64,000 bases of DNA from assembly GCA_013265495.1 (NCBI GenBank), contig MU057947.1:692048-756047 (forward strand), in the 5' to 3' direction. A program made the translations under genes and the position numbers. Of the stretch, positions 49,138-62,696 are shown one piece after another. Numbering within the stretch: position 1 is the stretch's first letter; each line of letters begins with the position of its first letter. The DNA is from Vicugna vicugna (taxonomy: Eukaryota). The notes below the pieces were generated by a model that saw nothing but the letters and a program-made list of their open reading frames with translations, did not search any database and was not told the DNA's origin.

Positions 49138-49585
49138 TCCAGGGGCTGTTCGTCTCCTCTGAGCTGCGGACCCCTTTGTCACCCACCCCTGGTGAAACCC
49201 ACAGACCCCCTTCTGAAAACAGGGATTTTAAATGCATAAAACGAAATACACAGGATTACAAAGAAAAGTAACCCTACTGAATAGTTACCACCACTTTAAA
49301 AGTCAAAGTTGTCATATTGTTACATATGTGTTCCTTCGATATTAATGTGCTAAGTAGGAAGATCTAACAACAGGTCTGCCGATTGCCGGAGTCCTGCAGT
49401 CACGATAACCATGGACAGTCGTTCAAGGTCTCTGCAGGAAGTCCCTGGAATTGCTAGCACGGCTGTCGTTTGTTGCCTCTGTTCCTGATGGAAGGAAACG
49501 CTAACCTCTGCAAAGCGAGTGAAACTAAAGATGCGGTTTGCTGCCCGCTGCAGGCCACGGGCCCTGCCGTGGTTGAAGACGTGGT
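49138..49585 (+). mobile_element. hAT-Charlie-type MER (MER119-like)
   Basis: caggggct...ggacccctttg...ctggtgaaacccacagaccccc...ttttaaatgcataaaacgaaatacacaggattacaaag. Confidence 0.6.
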
Positions 49586-49629
49586 GAAGATGATCGCTTC
49601 TTTGAAAGTTCGGTTTGCGAAGGCTGGGG

Positions 49630-50250
49630 TGCTGGGGGTGCAGCAGTGACCCAAGCAGACAAGCCCTCTCCTCGAGGCTCATGGTGTGGGAGGTGACGGT
49701 CCGCAGGTGAATTAACTAAAGCCTATGCTTGAGGGGGAAGAGCACATAAAAGGGAGACGGGAGGCATGTGGGCGGAGCTCAGGGTGGGTGTTAACTTCAG
49801 ATGGGCAGGCAGGGACACCCCCCTGGGGATGGGGGCAAGACCTCCGTTAGGGGGGCTCAGCAGATACTTGGGCGAAGAGAGAGTTTCCGGGAGAGGGAGG
49901 AGCAAGTGTGGAGCCTCAGGTAGGAGCTGCCGGTCAAGGGGTGTCCGGTCGTCAGGGCCCTGGAGCTCAGGCAGCTGGGGAGGGAGTGGGCGTGGGAGGG
50001 GGTGGCGTGGTTGATTGTCCTGCTGGCATTGGGAGGGGGCTCTGGAAGGGGTGCGGCAAAGCTGGGCTGCACTTCACGTTAGAGGGACCTCTGGCTCCAT
50101 GCTGAGGATGGGGGGGGCAGGAGGGGACGCAGCGGGGCTGGTTAGGAGGCTGCTGCCTGAAGCAGGGAAGTGCTAATGAGGCTCAGCCCAGGGTGGCAGG
50201 AGTGGGCTCAGCTGAGACTTCGTCTTAACAGGACAACCAGTCTTAAATAA
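49630..50250 (-). mobile_element. L2 fragment
   Basis: gggtgcagcagtgacccaagcagacaagccc...ggagcaagtgtgg...ctctggctcc...ggttaggaggctgctgc. Confidence 0.55.
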
Positions 50251-50844
50251 ATTTAAGAAGCAGTGCTATGAGGTTTAAAAAGTAGGACCGAGTATTCTGG
50301 ACTGTTTGGAAATCATTGAAACAGTTTTTTAAAAACTATCCTTAAAGGATTTTTTTTATTTCCTTTAAGAAAAATCGAACTTGGGAAATGGCCTCGATGA
50401 GAAGCTGTGGAACACAGGCGGCCTCAAGAGAAACCAGGCAGAATTCAGGACGGGGTGACCCAATCGGGGCCACGTGGGCCCAGGAATGGGGGCAGGGGAG
50501 CTTGGACCTCAGTGCCTCACCCCAGGAAGGGGTCGGGGGCCTTGATCTTGACTTCCATGGCCTGGAGAGGCTGCGTAGGGCCCCATGTGACTGCCTTCCC
50601 CTTCGGAGGCGTGTGGGCGCCAAGCAGCCCCTCCTGGGCACAGCTGGGTGGGAGGCGCCCTGGCCCCACTTAAGGCAAAGACTGCAAGAGCTCCCGCGGG
50701 CCCATGTCCTGACCCGGGGCTTGAGTCCTCACATCCTTCTCTAGGAAATACGGTTTCCCCAGAAAACCGAAAGCCTTAAGAGTAATTCCCCGTGAAAAGC
50801 AATGTTGATTTTTTTTAATGCTTTGATAAAAACCACAAGACGTT

Positions 50845-52575
50845 TTAATAATCGACTACTGAGAAAAAAAATCACAGACCATACAATTTGCCCATTTAAA
50901 ATGTACAATTCAATGGTTTTTAGTATATTCACAGATATGAGCAACCATCACCACCGTCAGTTTTGGAACATTTCTATCTTCTCGAAAACAACCCTCCCCC
51001 CACGTTTCTTTAACTGTCACCCCCTAACTCTCCGCGTTCCCAGCTCTGAGCAATCACAGACCTGTTGTCTGTCTGTGTGGATTTGACTGTTCTGGACATT
51101 TCATATAAATGGAAACATATAACAAGCATTTTTTTCTGACTTGCTTCCATCACTTTTCATACTGTTTTCAAAGTTGTAGCCTCGTTGTACTTAATTCCCT
51201 TTATGGCTGAATAATATTCCATTGTTTGAATATCCCAAAATTTAAAAGTCCATTCATAATGGGCATTGGGTCATTTCCGCCTTTTGGCTATTATGAATAA
51301 TGCTGCTATAAACGTGCAAGTTTTTGTGTGAACACGTTTTCATCTCTCCTGGGTATGTCCCTAGGAGTGGAAATACTGGGCCATATGGTGATTCTGTCTT
51401 TAAGACAGAGACATTTGAGAGCGCTCTGGATTGTTTAAAGTGGCTGCACCATCTTACTTTCCCACCCACGGTGTCTGAGGGTTCTGATCTCTTCACATCC
51501 TCACCTACACTTGTGCTTATCGGACTTTTTCGCTACAGCTGTCCTGGTGGGTGTGAAGAGGAATCTTACTGTGGTTTTGATCTGCATTTCTCTGATGACT
51601 AATGATATTGAGAAACTTTTCATGTGTTTATTGGCCATTTCTATATTTTCCTTGAAAAAAATGTCTAGTCAGAGCATTTGTCTACTTTTAAATTGAGTCA
51701 TTTGTCTATTTATTTGTAATGTTTGTAACTGTCTTTATATATTCCAGATACAAGTCCTTTTACCCGATACATGACTTTCGAATAATTCCTCCCATTCTGT
51801 GTGTTGTCCTTTACTTTCTTGATCGTGTCTTTTGGAAGATAGGTGTTTTTCATATTGATGAAGTCCACTCTCTATTTTTTTCTTCTGTGGCTCATGCTTT
51901 TGGTGTCACATGTAAGATGTTTGTCACATGTATTGTGTCTTGCACAATTGCCAAATTTGTGTCACATTCCTTGTCGAATCTGAAGTCATGAAGATAACCC
52001 TAGGCTTTCTTCTAAGAGTTTTATAGTTTTAGCTCTTACATTTAGCTCTTTGATCCATTTTGAGTTAATTTTTGTATATGGTGTGAAGTAAGAGTCCAGT
52101 TTCATCCTTTGGCCTTGTGGCTACCAAGTTGACCATCTATTGAAGAGATTCTTCTTTTCCCATTGGCCTTGGCATCTTTGCTGAAAATCAGTTGACCAGA
52201 GATATGCAGGATTACTTCTGGACCCTCAATTCTATTCCACTGATGCCGGCACCACACTGTCTTGACTCCTGCTACTTTGAAACAGGAAGCTTTGAAATAG
52301 GAAAGTGGGCTCTTCCAACGCTGTTCTTTTCGAGATTGTTGGCTATTGTCGGTCCTATGTAATATCATATGAGTTTTAGGCTCAGCTTGTCACTTTCTAC
52401 AAAGAAGCCGCTATGATTCTAACAGGAACTGCATTGAAGCTATAGCTCAGTTAGGGAGCATTGACATCTTAATAGTATTTTCTTCCAATCCATGGACATG
52501 GATGTTTTCCATTTACTTAGACCATTTTAAATTACTTTTGGTGATGAAACCATAGGTCTTTTTGACGGCATCTTG
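50845..52575 (-). mobile_element. L1MB-like element (3' end plus part of ORF2), antisense
   Basis: accatacaatttgcccatttaaaatgtacaattcaatggtttttagtatattcacag...ttttggctattatgaataatgctgctataaac...ttcttctaagagttttatagttttagctcttacatttag. Confidence 0.9.
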
Positions 52576-52979
52576 CGTACTTCTGGGCAGCTGGTCTTCT
52601 CAGAGTGCCTATTCTCCCAGCTCCCTGCAAGAGCTGGCACCAAGTGCACGGTCTCCACCCTGTCTGTGGCACTGATGCAGACTGAGGTGGACAAACCCAA
52701 GGAGTGAGATGGAGAAGAACTGAGTTTGGGGTTTGTTCTAGCCTTAAAAGCCCTTCTGCAAGTCTCAACCCTCACCAGCCACCCACGCAGATGGCTTCTC
52801 CTCACCCCATCTTACTGCTACTTCAGTTCAGAGGTCCTGGGAGTTCTCTTGACTTCGATTTTAACACTGCCTGTTCCCCTTGTCCCTCTTTCTTTCATGG
52901 CTGGGGAGTTGTCATATCTTAGGACCTCCAACCATCCTGGTTTGCCCTTTACCATGTGTGAGGGGGGAGTCACCTCGTT

Positions 52980-54920
52980 TACCACATGCATATCTAGACA
53001 CTCAGCACAGCTCATCGAAAAGACCATGCTTCCCCACTGCACTGCAGTGTCACTTTTGTTACAAATCCGATGACCACGAATGTGCGGTCTGCTTCTGGAT
53101 TTTCTGTTCCATTCGGTTATTCGTCTAGTCTTGCTCCAATACCCAACTGTCTTAATTACTATGGTCTCATAAGAAATCTTGTTTGCACAGTGTTATGGAC
53201 TGAATGTCTGTGTCCTCCCCCAATTCGTATGTTGAAGTTCTAACCTCCAAAGGGATGGTACTGGAAGTGGGGCCTGAGGTTACACTCAAGCGACTGTCAT
53301 TTTAGGGAGGATTGGTACCTTTTCCATATGTAGTTTTCCAATCCATGAATATGGTATACTTGTCTCTTTATTAAGATTTTCAAAATTTCTCTCAAAAATT
53401 TCATGGTTTCCTGTCCAGACATCTTGCATAACTTCAGTACCTTTCTTTCTAGGTATTTGATACTTTTACAGTATTGTAAATTGTATAATTTTTAAAATTC
53501 CATAAACTAATTATTATTGTTACAGAAATATGGTTGCATATTGACCTCATATTCCTTATTCTTGCTAAATTTTACTTCTCAAATTTAATACTTTGTAAAT
53601 TCGTTCGGATTTCTTATAACATTAATTTTAAAATGATTTTTCTCCCTAATTTGGTCCGTCATTGGTTGCAAGCAGCAGAAATCCCTTCAAGGAAGTTCAG
53701 GTGAAACTGAATTTTGTATCAGGCCACAAAGGATGCTGGGAAAACCAGGAGAAGGGAGTTCGGCTGAACTTCATGGGACTCTCTCCCTCGGGCCCTGTCT
53801 CCTTCGGATCCTGTGGCCCCAGAGTCTGCAACTCTGTGCGCCTCTCGCCATCCTGCACTCTCTGAAAGTGGACCTGCTTTCTAGTCTCTGATCTCCTGCT
53901 GCCACGTCAGTCTCACCCCTGCTCCACGTGGCCTTCAGTGCCAGTGCCCCCAGGACATCTGGCCTGGAACAGCTGGATTGGCTCCGAGTGAGGTGCCATG
54001 CCCCGTCAGCTGCGGCACAAGGCAGGGTGGGACTCAGCAACACGGGGTACACTACCCTCTGGGAGCCTGAGCAGCACACAGTTTCTGTGTGACCCTGAGT
54101 GTCTCTCTGGCAGAAAATTTAGAAAATAATGCATGTAATGTGTCAGCTTTCACCACCCAAACATGCTTGGTTTTGCTGTAATTCTAACTACTATTGTTTC
54201 CAAATATGTATTTTTTCCTTCTTGCCTTCTCTCTACATAGAAATTTACAAATTTGAGTTATATTATGTATATAATATTATATGCTTTCTTCACTTAAGTT
54301 TATGTCATTAGTATTTACTGTTTCATTAAATATACTTCAAAAGCATGACCTCAATAGCTTAATAAAATATATAATATTCTATTGTATGGCTAGCCCATAA
54401 TTCTATTAACAATTCCTAATTTTAGACTTTTGGGTTCTTCCCAGTTTTCTACAATAAATGTTACTGCAGTGAGCACTCTTATACTTAAAGTCTTGTCTAG
54501 TCTCTGATAGTTTTCTAAAGATTGATTCCTAGAAGTGGAATTAGTGGGTCAAAAGATATGAACATTGTTGAGTCTCTTAATATAATGTGAAATTTCCAGA
54601 AAGGTTACACCAAGTTACTCTTTTTTTCTACAACTCTTAAAAATGCCATTTCTCCATCAACAGGATGGAGTATCAGATTTTAAGAAAAATCTTTTCTAAT
54701 TTAATAGGTGGAAAATTTTTCATCTCATTATTTTAACTTGATACGCATTTTTAAGTGAAGCTGAATTTATTTTCCCAAGCTTGCTGACCACTTATATTGT
54801 TCCTTTGTGAGTTGACTGTGAATTTGCCCATTTTTCTCCAGAGGGTCCATCTAGTCTTATTGATTTGCCAAAGCTCATTGTACATTGAGAATGTGTACCC
54901 TTTGTCATAATTATTGCAGG
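52980..54920. mobile_element. Mixed old repeats: antisense L1M fragments, an MLT1A-like LTR start (~53191-53280) and an older MLT1 LTR-like piece (~53655-54100)
   Basis: tgttatggactgaatgtctgtgtcctcccccaattcgtatgttgaag; ttggttgcaagcagcagaaatccc; ttcctagaagtggaattagtgggtcaaaag. Confidence 0.6.
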
Positions 54921-57900
54921 ACGCTCTCTCTCTCTCTCCTTGTGGCTGCAGCCCCTCCCCAGCCTGGGTTCCGCTGGCCCCGCGGTCGTGGAAGGAGGCA
55001 CTGGCTCAGTCCCTTGTAGGTGGGAACGAGAGTCACACCCACCGTCAGGTGAGCGGGCAGTGGTCCATGGCCGCCATCAGCGCAGCAGTGGGCGTGGTCT
55101 GACGGGGCAGGGTGGTGGGACACTGGTGTTCACTTCTGACAGTTTCTGTTCTGGCCGTTGCCTCTGACTGCGCCATGGCTCATTCTGACTCTGCCACCCA
55201 AATCGCCATTGTCTGTCATTCCCTCATCCTCATCTGTCCCCATCGTCACTTTGACGATAGTAACCTGGCGGAGGCTTAGCCACTGGGCTTAGCCCTCGCA
55301 GCCCAGTCCCTCTAATGCTGCCTCAGTGGCCCCACCTGGCCCCCTCCTGGCCCCTTCCTGTCCCTCTCCTGTCCCTGCGCCATGTGAACGGCTCCTTCAT
55401 GCGGCCTGTTGCCCTTGGCTGCACTGCACGTGCCATGTGGCCCCAAGAGGCACCTGGACACACAGGCATCCTGCTCCCCCAGCCTTGTGGGGCCACCCTG
55501 CAGACCACGCGGCGCCCGGAGCACAGTAGGGAGGAGCACTTGGGAAGCTGCTCTTTGCCGGCCTATTGGTATGTTTCAAAGGCGCTGGGGACTGGAGCCT
55601 CTGCCCTTGGTTTCAGGTTTGTGAGTCTGTGACATTGGATGTGTCCTGCAGCGAGGCCCCCCCTGAGCCCCCGCTGACGTTGGCTGGACAAGCCTGTTTC
55701 CACCTGACAGTCTGTCCAGGTGGCCGGGCTGAGCCGGGCCCCTCGAGCCCTGGGGCGTGTGCCTTCCCTGAGCTCGGTTGAGACCTTCCCAGGAAGACAT
55801 GGTGGTTCTCGCTCCATCCAGATGTCCCCTCTCTCTTTTTAAGAAATTTGTGAAGTTCCCTGAAACCTGAATCAGTGGGAGGAGCCAGGAGACTTTGTTT
55901 GGCATCTGGCCCTGGTCCTTCCAGCCTGTGACCTCGGGCTGGCCTTCTGTCCTCTCCAAACTGCAGTTTTGTCACCTGAGAGAGGGGAACCAGAACCCAC
56001 GCAGAGCCCCACGGGAAGGCCAAACGAGACCACGTGACAGGTGTCCCCGAGCCTGCGGCGCTGTGTTGGGTGGGTGAGGCTCGGCGCTTGCCCGCTGCTG
56101 GACGACGTAGGGGCCTCTCCTCGCTTGAGGGACTGGATTGTAAGAGGTGGCTTCTGAGGACTCTTGAACTGGAAATGATGCTCCCTCCTGAGATGGCGCC
56201 TGCCCCGATCTCATCCCTGGCCCCGCGAAGTGCGCCTCCAGACCAGCACTGAGTCCCGCATGTTTGGTGGGAAACTGCAGCCTTGACCGGTGCCCCTAAT
56301 GTAGGGGTGGGACGGTGGGGTGTGCAGGGCCTTGTCTTCAGAACCTCAGAGTCCTTCCTGGGCACAACAGGAGAACCCCGTGAGGTGGTGGCTTGTGGCT
56401 GTGGGCGGCGGGTTCTCAGTGTCTGGTGGGAGCACAGGGAAGGCCCCCTCATCCCAGCTGGGAGGCAGGGCAGGCTGTGCCCAGGAGTGAGCGTCTGGGC
56501 TCAGACTGGATGCTAGGTAGGACTGGCCATGTCTTCTCTCCACCTCACATTGTAAGCTCTTGGGCTGCAGGGCCTGGCTGCTCCGGGTGGCCCCACGTGG
56601 GGTGGCACAGAGCAGAGTCAGGGCATGAACCAAATTTACCACGATCCCGAGGACATGTCTCTATTAGCCGCCACCAGTGGGTCACAGTTGCAGACCTGGG
56701 AGTCCCTGTGAGTCCTGCCGAGGACGGTGGTGTCCCCAGTTAAGCCTTGCTGTTGCTGTGGCTCCACTTTGCCAGACCCGGGCGGTGGGGAGACCAAGTC
56801 CAAGTCTGCACGGGGTCAGGAGCCGCTCCCGTGTGTCCCCGGGCCAGGGGCCGCTGGCTGTGTGCGTGCGGGTTCCCCAGCCCCAGACCAGCAGCCTGCT
56901 CCTACTGAAACCCGCGGCCCCAGACTGAGAATGACAAATGACCAAAAAATCAATTTGTAATCTGATTGGAGGTTTTTGATTTCCTCTGATGAGTTTAAAT
57001 TTCATTAAAAGCAACCTTATTCCAACATAAAAGGAATCCTTGAAGGGTAAAGCAGGGGATTGTCTCACCGAGAATAAAGCATCCCAGCTCTTTTGTGTGA
57101 TTTATTCATCGCATTAATTGTGAGGACCAACCCGGGGTGTCCGTTGGCAGCTGCGCCGTTATCAGGGCCTGGGATCGGCCGGGCGGGCTCAGAGCACAAG
57201 GACTCACATTGAAAACTCACTCTTTGGCATATTGACACTCGAGTTATCAACAACCCTTATTATCTGCTGGGAGGGGGCGCATGGCTCACGGGGACCGGAG
57301 GAGCCCCAGATCGTGGCCACAGCCACCCCTCTGCCTTCTCTTAATTGTGTGTCTTCTCAGGAGAAAGTGATCATCGCAGCCCCTTGTCCTGATGAGAAAT
57401 TGACATTTTCTGAGGACCGCTGTGGGCGCGCCGCGCGAGGAGATAAGGCCGGGGCTGCTGTAGGGGAGGGCGCGCCCCCTTCCTTTCAGGGCCTCTTCAC
57501 GGCCCCGGCTGACCTGCTTGATGACTATGGATTTCGTGAGGTCTTTTTCAGCATTTGAACTATAAAAGGTTCAGAATGACACCACTCCTTATAGACAAAA
57601 GATAACCTTGCCCTTTGAATATATCGATTCTTTATTAACTAGGCTGTTTAATGCAATGAAATGAGGCATTAGATGGAAGCCCATTTCAAGTGCTTTGAGT
57701 AATCTTTCAAAGCTTGAGAGACCTGGAAAGGCGGCCTGGCGATACTTGGCACACGTTTTGAGAGACAGCAGTTCTCACTGTGGCGTCAAAACGAAACCTA
57801 AAATTATTTCTCTCACCTCCAGGCTGCGGGGCCCTGGCCAGCCAGCTCTGGGAGGCAGCCCTACCCTGCTCCCGGGCAGGGCCCTGCTGGCACCCGCCCA

Positions 57901-58995
57901 GGGCAGGGGAGGAGGCGAATGTGGGCCCCCAGCACGTGGGGAAGGGGCCGAGGGGGAGGGGAGGGGAGGTGGCAGGCTGCAGCCTTGACCCCCACGAGCC
58001 ACTTTCTTTGCTGTCTCTTTAAGGATGAACGGAGAATGCAATCAAAGGAGCCTGGTTGTCACTGACAGAAGAAAAAGGTGTTCACAAAAGTTTCTTTATG
58101 TTTTGAATAATTGTTCCCTGTTTTGCTCAGTAGAACAAGTAATTAAGATTGCGTTTGTGCGTACTCATTTGGATCACACGTATGTGGAAGTGTTAGAGAG
58201 CTACAAGCCAAAACATGCAAAACCAGCCTTTCACTGAGGAGAAAACGAAACGGAGCGAAACAGAGCAGGACTGCGGAAAACGCGGAAAACGCACAGAAGC
58301 TGAACGTGGCCGTGAGTGGGAGCCCCGTGCTGATGGCGGACCTCATCACAGGTGGGGCCTCCGCCCGGGGGCGGCGACAGCGCGAGGGGTCCGTTACGCC
58401 ACAGCCGGGGACCTGGAATTGCTGGCCACGTCCCTCGGCCTCTGGGGCCCTGGTATCTGCCCGTCTGTCCGGAGCCCTTCTGCGCCCCCGTGGCGCACAG
58501 GGACAGAAGGCACACCCGCCTGGGGTGGCGGGAGCCTGCGCCCTCTGCCTGCCAAACCTCCTGTTCAGAAGCCAGGGGCCGAGGCAGGAGGGCCGAGGGC
58601 GGGGAGGCAGGGTGACCAAGCCCCTGGGGAGCCTTGAGACTGTCTGTGGGCCCTGGTGCTACTGTGGCCTCCGGGGTCTGCCCCAGAGTCACACTCAGAT
58701 GTTCCAGTGAGCGTGCGGCACACATACAGCGGGCCCTTCCGGGGACCAGAGCCATCAAAGTAACAAGAATCCTTCTGTGTATGTTCGATGAGTGTTTGAG
58801 GGTGGAGAGCTTTGGACGAGGTTCTTCTACAAATCATTTTTATCTTGGCCACGCGAGCTCTGGGGTGCCGCGTGCACAGAGGAGCCAGCCCTCCCCGCCC
58901 ACCGCCTCCCGCCGTCACCGCTGCACGTTCAGCCAGCCAATTAGTAATCAAAACAGATCAAATTACCCAAAGTGAAATTCACAGACAAGAAATAC

Positions 58996-59001
58996 TTTAA
59001 T
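58996..59001 (-). terminator. EBF3: EBF3 distal polyadenylation signal ATTAAA
   Basis: The - strand reads tatttaATTAAAgtatttcttgtctgtgaatttcactttgggtaatttgatctgttttg, with TGTA elements upstream; composition turns GC-rich beyond it. Confidence 0.7.
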
Positions 59002-59775
59002 TAAATATTGTGTAAAATGAACATTTTTATACAGTTAAATATCTGAAAAAATGTACAGATAAAACAATCTTATTATCGTAGGGTCTTTAACAGTAAAGTC
59101 TACCATTTAGTGAAGCGCTCGATTTCGAGGCTGTGAAGCCACGAGGGCGACTAATGGATCTAAAACACAAACCAAGTGCGGGGATGAGAAGCTTGCAAAC
59201 GTCCTTAACATGTACACGTGAGCTCGCTTTTAGGTCAAACCCTTACTCGTACAGGAGAAAACGGAGGCAGTTTAGTTCCAAAGTGACTTCTCAAGCTCAT
59301 CCACGTAGCTCAGCCTCGCCAACCATCGCAGGGCCAGGGTGCAACCCGCCGCCCACGGGGACCTTCTGATTTTTATTTAGTCCCTCGTATGAACACTTTC
59401 TTAAATTCTGCATTGTTTTGTTTTGGTTTTGGTCAAGAACATTTTTTAAAAAGTCCCTCCCTTTTTGTTTTAGATTTGATTTCTGCTGCAGTTTGCAAAC
59501 GTTTGCTGTGCTGTGTCTGCAAAGGGAAAAGAAAAAAGAAAAAAACCGACCCTCTTGGTCTCACCGCGGGTTTGGCACCAACAGGTACAGTGTCTGAAGG
59601 AGGTCATTCCAGTTTAAAAAGTACAGTGCTGTGGGGGCATGACCACAAAAGGGGGTTGTTAAAAAAGAATTTTAAACGAGGGGTGGTTGTGGGGCCCCTA
59701 AAACCTCTCTGAATCTGAGGTGGGCTTGGAGGACGCAGAAGGCAGCAGACTCAGATGCGGAACCCCCAGCTTGTG

Positions 59776-59780
<5 letters not shown>

Positions 59781-59806
<26 letters not shown>

Positions 59807-59824
59807 TTGTGTGCGTGTGTGTGT
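59781..59824. repeat. (GT)n microsatellite within the EBF3 3'UTR (CA repeat in the mRNA)
   Basis: Directly visible. Confidence 0.95.
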
Positions 59825-61613
59825 TTTACACCATAAATTTCCAAACGAAATATTGATTAACAATTGCGGTGGAAGCAGTGATAAAAGAGCACAAAGGTTC
59901 TTTCAAGAAGTCCACTTTTAAGGCATCAGAGAAGTTAACGTGGCAAACATTTTAATTAAAACGTCAGAAGTAAATTTTATTTTAAACTTTAGGCCTCTGA
60001 ATTTTTCCAGTAAACACAGTTCAGCTAATGTGGCAAAGTCATGGGTGGCAGCTAAAATGACTTTTTACATTCTACCAAAAAAATGAAATAAAATAAGGAC
60101 ACGGCCCCAAACGGTGTCGCCTCTGCCGTCCCACATGCACGGAATCTACTAGGATTTGTCGCAGCCGGGTGGCACCGTCTCGCTTTGACTATACAATGAA
60201 CTTTTTTTTCTTCAAACGTATTTGTTCAGATAACTTAAAAATAATATAAAAATAAACAATGAATTTGACTTTTCTTCAAAATAAAAAAAAAAAAGACTGA
60301 ACGTCTAAACAATAGCAAAATTTGGAAGTACGAATGAAATACAAGGACACTGGTTCAGTGAACGAAACAGATCAAACAGACAGTCCTTGGCTTAATGCTC
60401 TTCTCAGCATCACACCACCAGGCCATGATCAAAAACCAATACAGACCAGAGAAAGGAAAAGAAAATGGTGGGAAAAGCAATGTACAAAATTTCAAAGATA
60501 AATACAATATTTATACTTGATATGTTACAAAATAAAGTCCCTTAGCAACAGCAAGTGTTCATGGAAAAGTAAGTGTTGAATGGAGACCATTTTATTCCTT
60601 ATAAGACACATAAGGAATAAAACTTGTTCTTTTTTTCTAAATATTTAAGTGGATCTGAAAAAAATTCAAGACAAGTGTATAAATATTTAGCTACAACTTT
60701 GGCAAAATCACAAAAGTCTACAATTTTATAACCACATACAAAACACATCAGGGAAGAAGGGTCTAGAAGTCAAAAGGACAATTTCTGGTACAAGAAACAT
60801 GGACCTCACAGTAGCCTAAGAATGCAATAGTATACAGAGCTAGCAAAGGTTGAAAAAAATGCCGCAGGTCACGCTTGCTTATTAACAGGAAGCTCTAGCA
60901 GTGGGGGATATTTGAACCAACAGACAGTAGCATTTTTTTTCTCTGTCAGTGTGCTTGTTGAAGGCAAGAGAATTCAATATCAAAGTTACAATTTCTAACT
61001 ACAATAAGTTACAAAGTTTCATTTCATTAAGATGAAGTTAAGCAATGATAAACCCTCCCTCCCTCCCTGCCACCCCGAGTCTCCTAACCATATAGTCTTC
61101 CTTTCTTCCAGTTCGATGGCTCAGACCTCCTTGGCCCCCTTTTGTCACCACAAAAAAATATTTCACATTATAGAGACACACAACCCTTGTGAATCTAAGT
61201 ATGAGCACAGAAAAATGTTTGGAGGCATTTTTCATCAGTGTTTCATGATCATCAAAACGGTGCATTCACAAAGTTTCTCCCAACACAGAGCAAGTACTAG
61301 ACATGGCCAAGACGGAGTCAGAAACTTTATACAAAATAGGCGTTGCTTTGTTTTCCCTTATTCTTCAGGACTGAGAAATGTGAAAATATGAGAAAAGTTC
61401 AGTCAATAAAATGGAATTGTTCGTGAAGAAGTAGGCTGTTTGCATGTTGCTTCTTAATAGTTTAAATAAAATCTTTAAACAAAGTCTTTTGTAGCATTTC
61501 AACCGCTGCTGATGGACTGAAGGTTACGTCTCCATCAGCACGTCTTACGTACTAATGTGTCCCCTGAAGTCCGTCCTTGGATGCTGGGCACGGCCGGAGG
61601 TGACAGGAGCCCC

Positions 61614-61645
61614 TCACATTGGCGGGACTACCAGCCCAGACATAG
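61614..61645 (-). CDS. EBF3: EBF3 terminal coding exon
   Basis: Acceptor ctctctgtttcag|CT ATG TCT GGG CTG GTA GTC CCG CCA ATG TGA gives (A)MSGLVVPPM*, the COE/EBF-family C-terminus; the phase matches the upstream exon. Confidence 0.95.
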
Positions 61646-62696
61646 CTGAAACAGAGAGGGGGGGGGGCAGGTCAGGGACGCCTCTCACCGGGGGCGGGGC
61701 CGGCCCCCCCAGGCTTCGGTCAGCAGTGACGGTGGGTCTGCACGGTTCTCCATTAACCAGCCGTGGGCTCGGTTAAGGGCATCTACCTCCTGGGCTGGGG
61801 GTGCATGTGGGGACAGGCCCCCCCCAGGGGCCTCTCCTAGGCGGAGACCTCATGTGGAAAAGGGAAAGGCTTCTGGCCTTTTTGTGCGCTAAGGGGGCCC
61901 ACACGTCTCAGCAGCTGGTTTATAGCAGAGGCCCAGAAGCCCCAGGGGCCACTTCTGTCGACAGATGTGAACCAACTTGGTCACTTCTGCGGCGCCAGCC
62001 AAGGCCAGCTCTCGCACCCGAGGTCAAAACTGGACACACCTCGGTTTCCCCTCTGCTCCCGGCCCTCACCTTGGACCTTCCGCTGACTGTCCTGTATCGT
62101 AATGGTGAGTCGCGGGCTCGCCAAGGTCAGGGCCCCTCACAGCCCACCCACTCTGCCGTCTAAGGGCCGAGGGCCCCGAAGAGACAGACCCAAGTCACGG
62201 CTCCACCTTAGAGAGGGCGTCTTTCTCTTCTTGGAATAAGAGAGAAAACTTTGCACTAGAATGCCAAGTGCAACGGACACTTGCCAGCAGACTCCTGGTA
62301 CAAAGGCAATTTCCAATCTTTTTACTTTAGTGTTGTTTAATTTTTGTCAAAGTGATCGTTCCCATTAATCTATGCACAATGTATCAATACATTTGTTCAA
62401 GGAGTGATGGGAGCTTCAGTTTCTCAGGTCATGAATTTCACAATATTAATTCCTCTCCGACTCACCGTTACAACTTTATGGTCTGGGAGACCTGTGTGTG
62501 TACACACGGCTCCCACGGCGCCATCTCTCTAGGGGCCTCGGCACCGTGTGGACAGCGGGCAGGACCGGGGCACTGGGCCACTTGCCTCTTGGTGGCCGCT
62601 GCCGGCTCCCAGGCCAGTCGGCGGCCCTCCGGGGCTGGGTGTCCCTCTCATACGCTAACAGGTGTTGTGCAGACAATTATTGCAAATCACTGATAC

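Larger units (their letters stand above)
58975..61613 (-). other. EBF3: EBF3 3'UTR (~2.6 kb, AU/U-rich)
   Basis: Continues from the TGA at 61614-61616; the AT-rich, transposon-free sequence ends at an ATTAAA followed by a U/GU-rich downstream element. The 3' end is approximate. Confidence 0.85.
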
